Positions 20,203-30,817 of a DNA stretch of 64,000 bases are shown here, in pieces. Numbering within the stretch: position 1 is the first letter of the stretch; each line of letters starts with the position of its first letter. The notes beneath the pieces were generated by a model. That model ran no database searches. It was not told the DNA's origin and saw only the letters and a program-made list of their open reading frames with translations. Location: assembly GCA_042408215.1 (NCBI GenBank), contig JAYFMW010000020.1, positions 1 to 64,000 on the forward strand, given 5' to 3'. Origin of the DNA: Microcoleus sp. GTDB taxonomy: Bacteria; Cyanobacteriota; Cyanobacteriia; Cyanobacteriales; Microcoleaceae. A program made the translations under genes and the position numbers.

Positions 20203-22464
20203 CTATTTTCCAATCAGATCGACGATCGCATTGACTAATGTGTCGTCATCGAAGCTGCTTTTGGTGATGTAATAGTCGGCCCCAGCTTCCATGCCCAGAA
20301 TCCGATCGGATTCGCTATCGCGGTATGACACGATAATCACCGGAAGCAACTGGAATTTGGGATGGTCTTTGATTTGTTTGACAAGTTCAATGCCATTCAT
20401 GCGAGGCATATCAATGTCGCTCAATACAAGGTCGTAATGATTGCTCCGAATGGCTGTCCAAGCATCCATTCCGTTTACGGCAACATCCACATCGTAGCCT
20501 CGATTTTGCAGCATTTTCCGGGTCATTTCGCGCACTGTAATGGAATCATCCACAACTAAAATGCGTTGGCGATCGTTGCCTTTTGCTTTTTTGGCTTTGT
20601 TGATATCAACAGGTCTCATTTGACCACTGTTGAGCATATTGTCAATGGATTGCACCAAATCAGAAACATCCATAATTAAAACAGGCAAGCCATCATCCAT
20701 TAGAGCAGAGGCACTAATATCCCGAACTTTACCCAATCGCGGATCGAGTGGACGCACCACTAAATCCCGTTCACCTAAGAACTGGTCTATAACCAAGCCA
20801 TAAGCATTGGATCGATCGCTGATCACAACTACACAGATCGCATCATGGGAGGATAAAGCGTCCGGTAAATCCAGAACATGGCTCGCTGCAATCAACCCGA
20901 TATTTTGACCATCTTTAGTGAAATATTGGCGACCTTCCACAACATAAATATCCGATTTGTCGAGTTTGACAATCTGATCCACTCGTCCCAGGGGAAAGGC
21001 ATAAGGTTCACCAGAAATCTCGACAATTAGCGTCCTGACAACCGAGAGCGTCAGGGGAAGTTGCAAGTGAAAATTAGTACCCTTTCGGAATTGAGATGTG
21101 GCGCGAATCGTTCCACCAACTTCTTGCACCATACTTTTGACAATATCTAATCCCACACCACGTCCTGAAATTTCAGTCACTTGTTCGGCTGTAGAAAATC
21201 CAGGTAGAAACAGAAACTCGATGATTTCAGCTTCGGTAAGTTGAGCAGCCGTTTTGGGTGAAGCTAAATTCCGATCGATAATCCTTTGGCGCATCTGCTC
21301 AGCCTCAATTCCTCTTCCGTCATCGGAAATTGTAATTGCCAGCATACCGCCACGATGAAATGATTCTAGACGAACTGTTCCCTCTATCGGTTTGCCAGCC
21401 GACGATCGCTCTTCGGGAGGTTCGATTCCGTGATCGACCGCATTGCGAATCATGTGAGTCAGGGGTGCTTCCAGTTTTTTGAGGATATCACGATCGACCG
21501 GGGTTGACTGACCGACAATCTCTAGCTTGACCTGCTTATTCAATCGTCGCGCTAGGTCACGAACCATGCGAGGAAAGCCTTGTACTCCATCAACAAAGGG
21601 ACGCATATGAGAAGCAATCACTTCTCGGTAAAGGCGATCGCTCAAGTTCGTTGTGCGACGAGCATATAGTTCCAATTCACCCAAGCGATCGGTGAGAATT
21701 TCCCGACATTCTCGTGCTTTACGTCGAGCTGTATCCAGAACTTGCAGGCTTTCTGAATATGCTGTCAAAGAGGTTGGAGTGTTCGAAGAGGCAGTATGGA
21801 TCGTTTCTAGAAGTCTAGAAAGCTCTAATTGACTGGACTTGAGTGTCGTGAACGAATCGGCAAAGGGTTGCAGCCAATTTGCCTCAACCAGCGATTCACC
21901 CGCCAACCCCATAATCCGGTTCAAATTTTCTGCCGAGACTCGCACCACCCGATCGGTTGGGGTGGCGATCGCCTCAACCGTGGCAATTTCCTGACGAGGG
22001 GTTTGGCTTAGCGCTGAGTTTTGATCTACTGGAACCAGCGACGTTGAGCGACGATCGCTAAAATCAGGAGGTAGCAGAGCCGCGATCGCCTCATAACAGC
22101 TCTCAAACTCTCCAGCTTTTTGGGCCAACCATTCAACTAGATCGACTTCAATTACCTGACTAAGGGCTTGAAGCAAATCAACGCATTGCAGTAACACATC
22201 AATTTGGTCTGAACCTAACGTAATGATCTGGTTCTGCGCGGCCACAAAGCAATCTTCCATCCCGTGCGCCAGATTAGTGACGGCATCTAGAGAAACAATT
22301 CGAGCAGCACCTTTAATCGAGTGAGCTGCCCGCATCAGCACTTCCAGTGCCCGATCGGATTGAGGGTTGGCTTCCAAGATCAATAGTTCCTGAGTCAGGA
22401 TCGCAATCTGCGTCTCAGCTTCCTGACGAAATAGCTCCAGCATAGAATCATCGCTCATGGTCAA
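20203..22464 (-). CDS. cheA: Hybrid CheA kinase with REC domain (WspE-like)
   Basis: Hpt AHSIKGAA, HATPase RNAVDHGIE and SGRGVGLD, CheW domain, C-terminal REC. Confidence 0.93.
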   Translation of the reverse strand: MTMSDDSMLELFRQEAETQIAILTQELLILEANPQSDRALEVLMRAAHSIKGAARIVSLDAVTNLAHGMEDCFVAAQNQIITLGSDQIDVLLQCVDLLQALSQVIEVDLVEWLAQKAGEFESCYEAIAALLPPDFSDRRSTSLVPVDQNSALSQTPRQEIATVEAIATPTDRVVRVSAENLNRIMGLAGESLVEANWLQPFADSFTTLKSSQLELSRLLETIHTASSNTPTSLTAYSESLQVLDTARRKARECREILTDRLGELELYARRTTNLSDRLYREVIASHMRPFVDGVQGFPRMVRDLARRLNKQVKLEIVGQSTPVDRDILKKLEAPLTHMIRNAVDHGIEPPEERSSAGKPIEGTVRLESFHRGGMLAITISDDGRGIEAEQMRQRIIDRNLASPKTAAQLTEAEIIEFLFLPGFSTAEQVTEISGRGVGLDIVKSMVQEVGGTIRATSQFRKGTNFHLQLPLTLSVVRTLIVEISGEPYAFPLGRVDQIVKLDKSDIYVVEGRQYFTKDGQNIGLIAASHVLDLPDALSSHDAICVVVISDRSNAYGLVIDQFLGERDLVVRPLDPRLGKVRDISASALMDDGLPVLIMDVSDLVQSIDNMLNSGQMRPVDINKAKKAKGNDRQRILVVDDSITVREMTRKMLQNRGYDVDVAVNGMDAWTAIRSNHYDLVLSDIDMPRMNGIELVKQIKDHPKFQLLPVIIVSYRDSESDRILGMEAGADYYITKSSFDDDTLVNAIVDLIGK

Positions 22465-23204
22465 AAAACCTTGTGACTTAGGGTGTAAAAGAATAGTTCA
22501 GAGTCCAAAAAATTGATCTGCTTGCCTTGCCAAGTAACTACCCCTTTCGTGTAAGCTTCCGATGCTTTGGAAATGACAACAGGAGCATCTTTGAACTCAT
22601 TGAGATGAAAGCGGTAAGTTCCATGAACCTCATCCACTGGAAAGACCCACTTGTTTTCATTCTTTCCAGCCACAATCATCCGTTGCGGATTAATCGTATT
22701 GGAGAAATCTGCTGATTCGGCGACAGGCTCTAGACCGAGTAAATCTCTGAGCGAAATACAGAGCAGCGTTTCACCGCGAATGTTGATCAACCCCAAAAAT
22801 ACAGAGTTACTGCGATGAGGGACGCTATGAATGGCATAAGGAGGAGTCACTTCTTGCAAGATGTTGACTGGCAATGCTAACCGTTCATTACCGAGACGAA
22901 AAATGATTATAGACAGGGTATCTGTGGCGCGAACTAGCGTCCCTTCTCCCACTCCAGTGTGCTGTGTGGAAGCTTCTGACAAGATGTCAGTCCATTCTTT
23001 AAGATACTCAGGTGGAGCATTGCGCTCTAGCAAGGTGCGTCCAGCCGCCGAGTAAACCTTGCAGTTGCGGCAGTGAATAACGGTCTTCAGTTCGCCACAG
23101 GTGCGATCGCCCATCACCCCAATCTGATTCCAGCAATCATTCAGGGTTGGAGCGTCAAATTCAGAATCGTCTGGTATGGGTGCCTTATTCAAATAATTTT
23201 CCAT
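22461..23204 (-). CDS. cheW: CheW-like protein (WspD-like)
   Basis: CWNQIGVxGDRTC...HCRNC N-terminus and a CheW GLINIRG motif. Confidence 0.9.
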   Translation of the reverse strand: MENYLNKAPIPDDSEFDAPTLNDCWNQIGVMGDRTCGELKTVIHCRNCKVYSAAGRTLLERNAPPEYLKEWTDILSEASTQHTGVGEGTLVRATDTLSIIIFRLGNERLALPVNILQEVTPPYAIHSVPHRSNSVFLGLINIRGETLLCISLRDLLGLEPVAESADFSNTINPQRMIVAGKNENKWVFPVDEVHGTYRFHLNEFKDAPVVISKASEAYTKGVVTWQGKQINFLDSELFFYTLSHKVF

Positions 23205-23229
23205 TGTTCAATTTCTCAATTTTCAATTT

Positions 23230-24936
23230 CTATGCCATCACTTTGAATCGAGCAATCTCTGTTTTTAAGCTATGGGCAGCTTCGTCAAGTTCTTCTAAGG
23301 CGTGATTGGTTTCTCGCAACGAGCCTGCTGTCTGCTGAGATGCTTGACTCAGATGCTCCATCGCTTCACTAATTTGTTGCGCTCCCTGAGATTGTTCATC
23401 CACGCTCTGACTCACCTGCTCAAAGCGTGGGGTCAATCCCTGCACCTGCTGAATGACTTGGGCAACTTGTTCGCTAATTCTGCCTACTTCTTCGACACTG
23501 TGAACTACAGACTTCGTAAACTTATCCATCTCTGTCACGCCGGTAGAAACTGCCGATTGCATCTCCTTAATCATCTGCTCAATTTCTAGAGTGGCGACGG
23601 CGGTTTGATCGGCTAACCGTCGAATTTCCCGCGCCACAACCGCAAAGCCCGCTCCGTATTCTCCGGCTCTCTCGGCTTCTAATGCTGCATTGAGCGAAAG
23701 CAAGTTGGTTTGATCTGCCACAACCGTGATGGTTGTCACCACTCTGCTGATATTGTTGGCTCGTTTGTCCATGATTTCCAGCTTGGAGGAAATTACCTGA
23801 GTAGCTGCTAGCAACTGGCGCATCACAGCATCGATGTGGTTCAGATTGTCTTGACTATTGCCTGCTGCCACTGTTGTCTGTTCAGCCATTGCCGCAACCT
23901 GCTCCATTGTTTTTACCAATTGCCTTGATGTCGCGGCAATTTCATGAGCCGTTGCACTCACTTCATTCGTTGAAGCCACCTGTTCTGAAACCGTTGCTTC
24001 CAGGTTTCTTCCAGACGCCGTAATTTGGTCGGCAGAACTGCTGATTTGATTACCTGACTTTTGAATGCGATTGACTAGGGCATTCAGGTCTTTATTCATG
24101 GTGTAAAAGGCATTCTGCAATTGACCAACTTCATCTTCGGAGTCAGCGAGGGAAATTTGGCTGGTTAAGTCTCCGGCTGAAATCTTTTGGGCAATGTCAA
24201 CTACTCCTGCAATTTTGGCTCCTAGAGGTTTGGCGATCGTATTGCTAAAGAAAATTCCAAATAAGATGGCAGTTCCTGGACCAATCATGATTGCCACAAA
24301 TGCCCAAAATCCGACTTGAGAAACATCTTTCGCCGATACAAGTTCTGTTTCCCCCGCCAAATCCTGATTCATTTTCAACACCTCCAAAAGTGTATTGGTG
24401 GCGTCTGTGAAGGGTTGACGGTTTACCTGAACTTGCTTCTCAAGCTCTTTGTAGGCTGCGATCGCCGCACCAGCATTCCCCGCTGAATTTTCAAACAGAT
24501 TGAAAACTCCCAGTCTCTCGAACTGGAGATTACGCCTCAAAAATTCCTCATGGGCTTTCTTCCACGCATCCCACGTATTCAAAAAGTCTTTATATGCCTT
24601 CCGTTCAGCGTCCGACTTAGGAGCCGCTTCGTACTGCTGAAACCCTTCCTGAATTTGCTTCCAGGCGTTATCCATGCGATCGATCTCAGCCTGCCGCCGA
24701 TCTTTGCTTAGATTGATATCCAACAAGCCCCGCTCTGATGATTCGATCTGGGTTTTTCCTTCGTTAATTTTCCACAAGCCGGAGATGCTGGGCAGATTAT
24801 TGCTGGCTAGGGTGTCGATGTGCTTACTCAAGCGAGAACTGCCGCTCAGACCTACCAGTGCGACAATCAGCACCAAAATCCCCATGAACATGAACGCGAA
24901 GATGAGGCGTGCCTGCATGGATAGATTTTTGAACAT
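23230..24936 (-). CDS. Methyl-accepting chemotaxis protein (WspA-like)
   Basis: Two TM helices flanking a helical sensor domain, HAMP, and [27 protein letters not shown]. Confidence 0.93.
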   Translation of the reverse strand: MFKNLSMQARLIFAFMFMGILVLIVALVGLSGSSRLSKHIDTLASNNLPSISGLWKINEGKTQIESSERGLLDINLSKDRRQAEIDRMDNAWKQIQEGFQQYEAAPKSDAERKAYKDFLNTWDAWKKAHEEFLRRNLQFERLGVFNLFENSAGNAGAAIAAYKELEKQVQVNRQPFTDATNTLLEVLKMNQDLAGETELVSAKDVSQVGFWAFVAIMIGPGTAILFGIFFSNTIAKPLGAKIAGVVDIAQKISAGDLTSQISLADSEDEVGQLQNAFYTMNKDLNALVNRIQKSGNQISSSADQITASGRNLEATVSEQVASTNEVSATAHEIAATSRQLVKTMEQVAAMAEQTTVAAGNSQDNLNHIDAVMRQLLAATQVISSKLEIMDKRANNISRVVTTITVVADQTNLLSLNAALEAERAGEYGAGFAVVAREIRRLADQTAVATLEIEQMIKEMQSAVSTGVTEMDKFTKSVVHSVEEVGRISEQVAQVIQQVQGLTPRFEQVSQSVDEQSQGAQQISEAMEHLSQASQQTAGSLRETNHALEELDEAAHSLKTEIARFKVMA

Positions 24937-24951
24937 TTCAGGTTTCCCCTT

Positions 24952-26271
24952 CTAAGCTTCTGTTCTGAGACTGTGCTGCAAGCGCTGAATTCGCTGCTGA
25001 ATGATTTTTGCCGCTACTGTATCGCCTTGATTTTCCTTCAACAAGGCGAGGTGAACTAACGCTTCATAACAGGTTGGCTCCAAGTATATAGCACGTTGAA
25101 AACATCGCTCTGCTTCGGCATTCTGCTGGTGGGCCTGATATAGCTCTCCCAAGAGAGTGTAGGCAGCCGCACTCGTTGGATGATGAACAAGATACGACTT
25201 ACAAAGCGCGATCGCTTCTGCATCTCGCCCGTCATCCGCTAACTTTCTCACCTTTTGTAAATCAAGAGACGATGTTGGTTCAGGGCTTAAATCCTTTGAG
25301 CTGGCAGAGGGATCGGATTCTTTGATTTGCTGAGTGTCGGGCCGAGAGTAATTTTTCACTCCTTCATATTGCTTGGCAATGGTTTGAGGAGTTATTAGTT
25401 GAGATGGCACCTGTCTCAGTTGAGTAATATTGAGGGGTGCCTGTTGTGCAAGCGATGGTTTCGACTTTCGATAAGCAAACGTGAAAGGCTGACGGATCGA
25501 GGTGTAATTGTCTGGGACAATTTTTCCAGTTTCAGATGCTCCAACAAACAGTAACCCTCCTGGGATAAGTAGGCGATCGAGCGCTGCTAATACCTGTGAG
25601 CAAACTTCTGATTTTAGGTAGATCAGTAAGTTGCGACAGAAGATGATGTCGTATTGCTTTGGAGCGATCGCCAGGGAGGTCATTACATTCCCCTGCTGAA
25701 AATTGACGAGCCCCTTAACGAGCTGGCATAGTTCGTAACCCTCTGCCGTTTGCTGAAAGTAGCGCGATCGCCCCGTCCAAGCATCGCCGCGAAAGGAGTT
25801 TTTGGTGTAGACTCCGCGCCTTGCCTTTGCCAGCGATCGCTGACTAATGTCGATCGCATCGATCGCAAATTGTTTTGGATTCAGCCCCGCTTCTAGTAGG
25901 GCGATCGCCATTGAGTAAGGTTCTTCGCCAGTAGAGGATGGAACACTCAGCAGTTTGAGCGTGTTGCGGTGGTCGGTGAGCGTAGTCGAACCGTTTGGCT
26001 GATTCAGCCATTCTGAGGTGACATAGGTTTTCAGGTAATCAAACGGTTTGCTATCTCGAAAAAACCAAGTTTCCGGCACGATCAGTAGTTCGATCAGCTC
26101 CTCTAATTCTGAAGCGGAGGTTTGTAACCGCGCCCAATAGCTCTCGATGTCAGGCAATTTACAGCCGACTCGACGAGTCTCGGCAGCTCTAGCAATCCGG
26201 TGGTTGCCAATTGTATCGGGGTCTAAGCCTATAGTTTGGCTCAGTAATTTCGCGATCGCAGATAGTACCAT
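24952..26271 (-). CDS. cheR: CheR methyltransferase with TPR (WspC-like)
   Basis: ETWFFRD, SSTGEEPYS, DIIFCRNLLIY and C-terminal TPRs. Confidence 0.92.
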   Translation of the reverse strand: MVLSAIAKLLSQTIGLDPDTIGNHRIARAAETRRVGCKLPDIESYWARLQTSASELEELIELLIVPETWFFRDSKPFDYLKTYVTSEWLNQPNGSTTLTDHRNTLKLLSVPSSTGEEPYSMAIALLEAGLNPKQFAIDAIDISQRSLAKARRGVYTKNSFRGDAWTGRSRYFQQTAEGYELCQLVKGLVNFQQGNVMTSLAIAPKQYDIIFCRNLLIYLKSEVCSQVLAALDRLLIPGGLLFVGASETGKIVPDNYTSIRQPFTFAYRKSKPSLAQQAPLNITQLRQVPSQLITPQTIAKQYEGVKNYSRPDTQQIKESDPSASSKDLSPEPTSSLDLQKVRKLADDGRDAEAIALCKSYLVHHPTSAAAYTLLGELYQAHQQNAEAERCFQRAIYLEPTCYEALVHLALLKENQGDTVAAKIIQQRIQRLQHSLRTEA

Positions 26272-26328
26272 CTTTCCGCCGTATTACTAAATGAGCAATT
26301 ATCCGATTTACTCCAATTTGGTGCTACC

Positions 26329-27927
26329 CTAAGCGGTTTTGAACCGAGCAATTTCCGATCGCAATCCATTGGCCGCCTCATCAAGCTGCACTACAGCACT
26401 GTTCGTCTCCCGTAAAGCGTCCACAGTCTGCTGAGATGCTTGACTCAGGTGTCCCATCGCTTCACTAATCTGTTGTGCTCCCATCGATTGCTCCTCAATG
26501 CTCTGGCTCACCCGCTCAAAGCGTGGGGTCAATCCTTGCACCTGCTGAATGACCTGAGCAACCTGATCGCTAATCTTGCTGACATCCGCAACGCTATCAA
26601 CCACAGATTTACTAAACTTATCCATTTCCATTACGCCCGTAGAAACTGCCGACTGCATCTCCTTAATCATCTGAGCAATTTCCAGAGTGGCGACGGCGGT
26701 TTGGTCAGCCAATCGACGGATCTCGCGTGCTACAACCGCAAACCCCGCCCCGTATTCTCCAGCTTTTTCTGCCTCGATCGCCGCATTGAGCGACAGTAGG
26801 TTAGTCTGGTCAGCAACCTTGTTAATTGTCGTCACCACACTGTTAATGTTGTTTGCCTTTTCATTCATCACCCCAAGTTTGGTTGAGATAGAGGTGGTTG
26901 CAGTCGAAAGTTGGCGCATTACCGTTTCCATCCGATTTAGGTCAAATTGACTAGCACCCGCAGCAGTTGCTGTAGACTGTGCCATCAGCGCAACCTGCTC
27001 CATCGATCTCACCAGTTCTTTGGAGGTGGCGGCAATCTCCTGGGAGGTTGCACTCACTTCATTGGTTGAAGCGAGCTGTTCTGCAACTGTGGCTTCTAAC
27101 TCTTTACCGGCTGCTGCAATCTGAGTTGCGGAAGTGCTGATCTGTATTCCAGACTTTTGCATCTGGAGAATCAGCGCATTCAGCTTTTTGGACATATAGT
27201 GAAATGCTGTCATCAACTTGCCAATTTCGCTACCATCATTATTTAGCTCAATTGATTGTTGTAAATCTCCATCAGCAATCTTCTCTGCTGCAAGCACCAC
27301 CCTTGGAAGCTCTCGTCGGATGGGTGCAGCAACCAACCATGCACTCACCAGCGTGGCAACCATTGCCAACAGCGTTCCCAGCACGATCAGTAAACTCTGA
27401 AACTGCTTAGCTTTCTCGGCTTCCTGTAAATTTTGATTCAGTCGGACTTCAAGAATTTTCTGCACCCTAATGCGGGCTTCCTCAAGTTTGGCAACACGGG
27501 GAATTAAAATTTGTTGTTTCGCCTCATCCAGCTTATTGGCATCGACTAGCGGATAAACACCCGCTGCAACGCGATCGTACTCATCACCAATCTGGACTAT
27601 TGCGTTGATTGCTTCTCGCGCCTGTGGATCAACAATCTTTGCCAATTCCTGCTTCTGAACAAGCATTTCTTCTTGGGCTTTAGTATAAGTCCCGCGATAG
27701 TACTGATCCTTCGGATAAAGAGCATATCCTCGGATACTGCCAATAATCCTAGCGACATCATAAGCATAGGCATCTACATCACTCATGTTGTCAGCGACTT
27801 CCTTTGAGCTTGTCTGCAATTTGACTAATTGGTCAATGCCAGAAAACAGCGTGTTGCCGAGCACAATCAGGAACAGAATCGGAACTGAGAAGCCCAGTAT
27901 GATGCGGGTAGTGATATTGTTCAACAT
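26329..27927 (-). CDS. Second methyl-accepting chemotaxis protein
   Basis: Two TM helices, a different sensor domain, HAMP and an MCP signalling tip. Start taken at MLNNIT. Confidence 0.92.
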   Translation of the reverse strand: MLNNITTRIILGFSVPILFLIVLGNTLFSGIDQLVKLQTSSKEVADNMSDVDAYAYDVARIIGSIRGYALYPKDQYYRGTYTKAQEEMLVQKQELAKIVDPQAREAINAIVQIGDEYDRVAAGVYPLVDANKLDEAKQQILIPRVAKLEEARIRVQKILEVRLNQNLQEAEKAKQFQSLLIVLGTLLAMVATLVSAWLVAAPIRRELPRVVLAAEKIADGDLQQSIELNNDGSEIGKLMTAFHYMSKKLNALILQMQKSGIQISTSATQIAAAGKELEATVAEQLASTNEVSATSQEIAATSKELVRSMEQVALMAQSTATAAGASQFDLNRMETVMRQLSTATTSISTKLGVMNEKANNINSVVTTINKVADQTNLLSLNAAIEAEKAGEYGAGFAVVAREIRRLADQTAVATLEIAQMIKEMQSAVSTGVMEMDKFSKSVVDSVADVSKISDQVAQVIQQVQGLTPRFERVSQSIEEQSMGAQQISEAMGHLSQASQQTVDALRETNSAVVQLDEAANGLRSEIARFKTA

Positions 27928-28044
27928 GGTAAATTTGGGGGGGTGATAAATTAATACTGGTACGGTAGTTGAATTAGGAGCGGATTCCATTCAAGGCTGA
28001 ATGTTTCTAATTTTTTATAACATTTTTATCAGCACTCCTTTTGA

Positions 28045-28503
28045 TTAAGTTTCTTCACCCATTAGCAAGTAATTATGTCGCTCATCGCTGAAAATTAGCT
28101 CGATCTGAACACATTGAATAATTCGTTTTTCATCGACAATTGTGCCGCTTAAGTAGGGCGCTTCCTCAACCCGAATGCTGGAATCCCTAATATCTGTTTT
28201 TGATATACTTAGAGTCTCCGTCACCCGCTCTGCCATCAACCCTACATATTGTAGCGATTCGTTTGGGCGGGGATATTTGACGATCGCGATCCGGGTACTG
28301 AGGTGCGATCGACTCGGTGTACCTTGAATCAAATGACTCAAATCGATCACTGGCAAGACAACTCCCCGGTAGTTAAACAAACCAGCCACGTATTCTGGTA
28401 CGTGCTGCACCTTTCTGAGACTGACTCGTGGAATTACCTCAACAATGTAGGAACTGTCGATCGCGTAGAGGTCATTCCCAGCGTAGAAGAGTAGAATTAG
28501 CAC
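28045..28503 (-). CDS. cheW: CheW (WspB-like)
   Basis: VEVIP and VAGLFNYRGVVLPVIDL. Confidence 0.9.
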   Translation of the reverse strand: MLILLFYAGNDLYAIDSSYIVEVIPRVSLRKVQHVPEYVAGLFNYRGVVLPVIDLSHLIQGTPSRSHLSTRIAIVKYPRPNESLQYVGLMAERVTETLSISKTDIRDSSIRVEEAPYLSGTIVDEKRIIQCVQIELIFSDERHNYLLMGEET

Positions 28504-28634
28504 TTGTAACGATCGGTTTTTATTAGGGTTGACTGAATATTTTTGGACTCAAAACTGGTTCGATGTTAGCACAGGATAACCAAATGAGCAAGGACTAAAT
28601 TATTTCGTAATCTTTTCAGCACTGGCGTTTTGAT

Positions 28635-29687
28635 CTAACCCACGATCGCCGCATGAGCAATGACAACAATATTCAGAACAACGAATGAGCCCGCCAAGAT
28701 TGGAACAGCAAAGCGGCGCCTTAAATACCGTGACAAATCCGACTGGTCTGCTTCACTTAAAAATCGAGTGTAGACCAGCACAATTGCTGTTATGAAGATG
28801 TAAATGATGGCGATGATGTGGATGAAATCAATCAGGGTGACCGAATTACTACTACCCAAATCTGAGGTCGCTGCTTGCAGATTCACTATAACTGCAAACA
28901 AATTACCCACAAGGATGCCCATTAATTCTTCATCCAGCAACAATGCCATTATTGAGAGTGCAACAGCAGCATAAACTCCCATCACAAGTTTAAAAAAGCT
29001 AACTTTACTCTCGCGGTTGATTGTAATTGAAATAACTAAGCGCGATCGGGAATTTAGTTCTCTTTTTATTCCAGGACTACCAAAGCTTGTTCTATAAGGG
29101 AAATTTACTTGCTCAATCCTAAAATCTCTAATTTTCCAACCTTCCAAATCCATATCTTTCGGATAACCAGTGTTCGCAAAATCTGGGGAGTGAACGAAGA
29201 TGGAAGCATCTAACTGTGTTTCCTCAAGGGGAATTTGCAATACATGGCGATCGAATGGATAATTTTTTGTGTCCCAGTTGTGATAGATAGTTGTGCTCAT
29301 CTCCTCTTCAGACCAGAATACGTTTTTACTGGCCTTAAATGTATCCGACAGATTTTCGCTTCGGGAAAAACTTGTGTAATTCTTGCTAACTTCCTTGCTA
29401 TTGACAACCTTCAGGCTTTCCAAAGGTTTTGGGGTCTCAAAAGGACAAACGCTCCAGATCCAGAAGTTGGCAGCAAACGAATTTTCTGCTGGCTTAAAAT
29501 CTCGCAAGGATGTCAAATAAACTCCAATTTGACAAGTTTTTGGAGATGTAACAGCCTCCGCATGAACTGGCAAAGTTTGAGACAGCCAGCAGCTAAAAAC
29601 GGCGCTCAGCAAGCAACCAATTAGGTGTAGTCCCTTGACAACAGCTCTAACCGCAGGATGATGCGGTTGAAAAAGATATCCCCTCAC
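28635..29687 (-). CDS. Prokaryotic pentameric ligand-gated ion channel (GLIC/ELIC-like) subunit
   Basis: Signal peptide, GVYL beta1, YPFD Pro-loop, LEGWKI, pre-M1 Arg and four C-terminal TM helices. Confidence 0.82.
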   Translation of the reverse strand: MRGYLFQPHHPAVRAVVKGLHLIGCLLSAVFSCWLSQTLPVHAEAVTSPKTCQIGVYLTSLRDFKPAENSFAANFWIWSVCPFETPKPLESLKVVNSKEVSKNYTSFSRSENLSDTFKASKNVFWSEEEMSTTIYHNWDTKNYPFDRHVLQIPLEETQLDASIFVHSPDFANTGYPKDMDLEGWKIRDFRIEQVNFPYRTSFGSPGIKRELNSRSRLVISITINRESKVSFFKLVMGVYAAVALSIMALLLDEELMGILVGNLFAVIVNLQAATSDLGSSNSVTLIDFIHIIAIIYIFITAIVLVYTRFLSEADQSDLSRYLRRRFAVPILAGSFVVLNIVVIAHAAIVG

Positions 29688-29804
29688 TCATCAACTCCCT
29701 TACTAAGTAATATCAAATCCACTCTTCATCGGAATTATTCATCTCTCCGATCTCCCTCTGTGTTCTCTGCGTTCTCTGTGGTTAAATCACCTGACGATGC
29801 AACG

Positions 29805-29948
29805 GTCAATCGATTTTAGATTTTAGATTTTAGATTTTAGATTTACCCCACGTATAAATGCGGGGGCTTGAGGATTTTAGATTTGGGATTTTGGATTGAT
29901 TCCACGGATAAATCCGGGGGCTTGTACCACCTTTGAAATTATTGGTCA
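29805..29948 (-). mobile_element. 140-bp non-autonomous IS200/IS605-type element, copy 1 (coordinates include the target tetramer)
   Basis: Reverse complement of 39253-39396 with one mismatch seen. GTCA at both borders. Confidence 0.85.
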
Positions 29949-30008
29949 ACGATATAACTGCCGATCTTACCAGCTAACGATGCTTGCAGAAAGTTGATTA
30001 ATTGTGGC

Positions 30009-30045
30009 TCAACCTACGATCGCCGCATGAGAAATGACGATCGCG
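30009..30045 (-). pseudogene. 3'-end remnant of a second pLGIC-like gene
   Basis: Encodes IVISHAAIVG* versus VVIAHAAIVG* at the end of 28635..29687. Confidence 0.6.
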
Positions 30046-30390
30046 TTTTCAACCCAAGGGTGTCGATGACATAAATCCGGCGATCGCTGGAGAGGTGTGT
30101 ATTCAGAAAGCGAACTACCACTTTTTTTGCTTCTCTGACCGCAGATGAACTGGCGCAGCGGGTGTTTGAAGCTCTAACCAACATCAATGTTGAAAGTCAG
30201 GCGCTTTTTGAGTCGGTCAAATCATCGACTGAGAACTTAGGTAGCCATCAAGAAGATGAAGAAGTTGTAGGGGATTAAGTTATGATTCACATCCTAGTTT
30301 TTCAAGGGCAAAAACTGCTGAGATTCTGGCATCCATTGCTATGGGATAGCCTCTGGATATTCTGTGCTTAGCTTGATTCGTAAAGGGATC

Positions 30391-30817
30391 TAAGTAGAAG
30401 AGAAATGGAAGTCGTTGGATGGAAGTCGGAAGAATGCTCATACAGCAAGCTTTTTAGCCACCTGTATCTTACGTTTAATTAAGTGGATTTTACTTACAGC
30501 GGAAACCGCTGTTATGAGGTACACCCACTTATCGTTCAATCCTCGTAGGGACACGGCAATGCCGTGTCCCTACCGTGTTTCATAACAGCGGGAACTGCTG
30601 TAGGATCTGTTAATCTCTATCTACTAGCCTCAATCTATCTTAGGTTATTGGGACATTTCATCAGCTAAAAATTCAGGTATATTGAATAACTAAAATTCTC
30701 ACAAATTTTCATTAAGTAGAAAGAAGAAGGAAGAAGGAAGAAGGAAGAAGGAAGAATGCTCATACAGCAAGCTTTTTAGCCACCTGTATCTTACGTTTAA
30801 TTAGGTGGATTTACTTA
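30391..30817. mobile_element. Two TAAGTA...TACTTA MITE copies flanking a TACAGC...GCTGTA element
   Basis: Copies at 30391-30496 and 30713-30817 share about 65 nearly identical bp (gaagaatgctcatacagc...). The element at 30495-30602 carries a REP hairpin. Confidence 0.7.
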
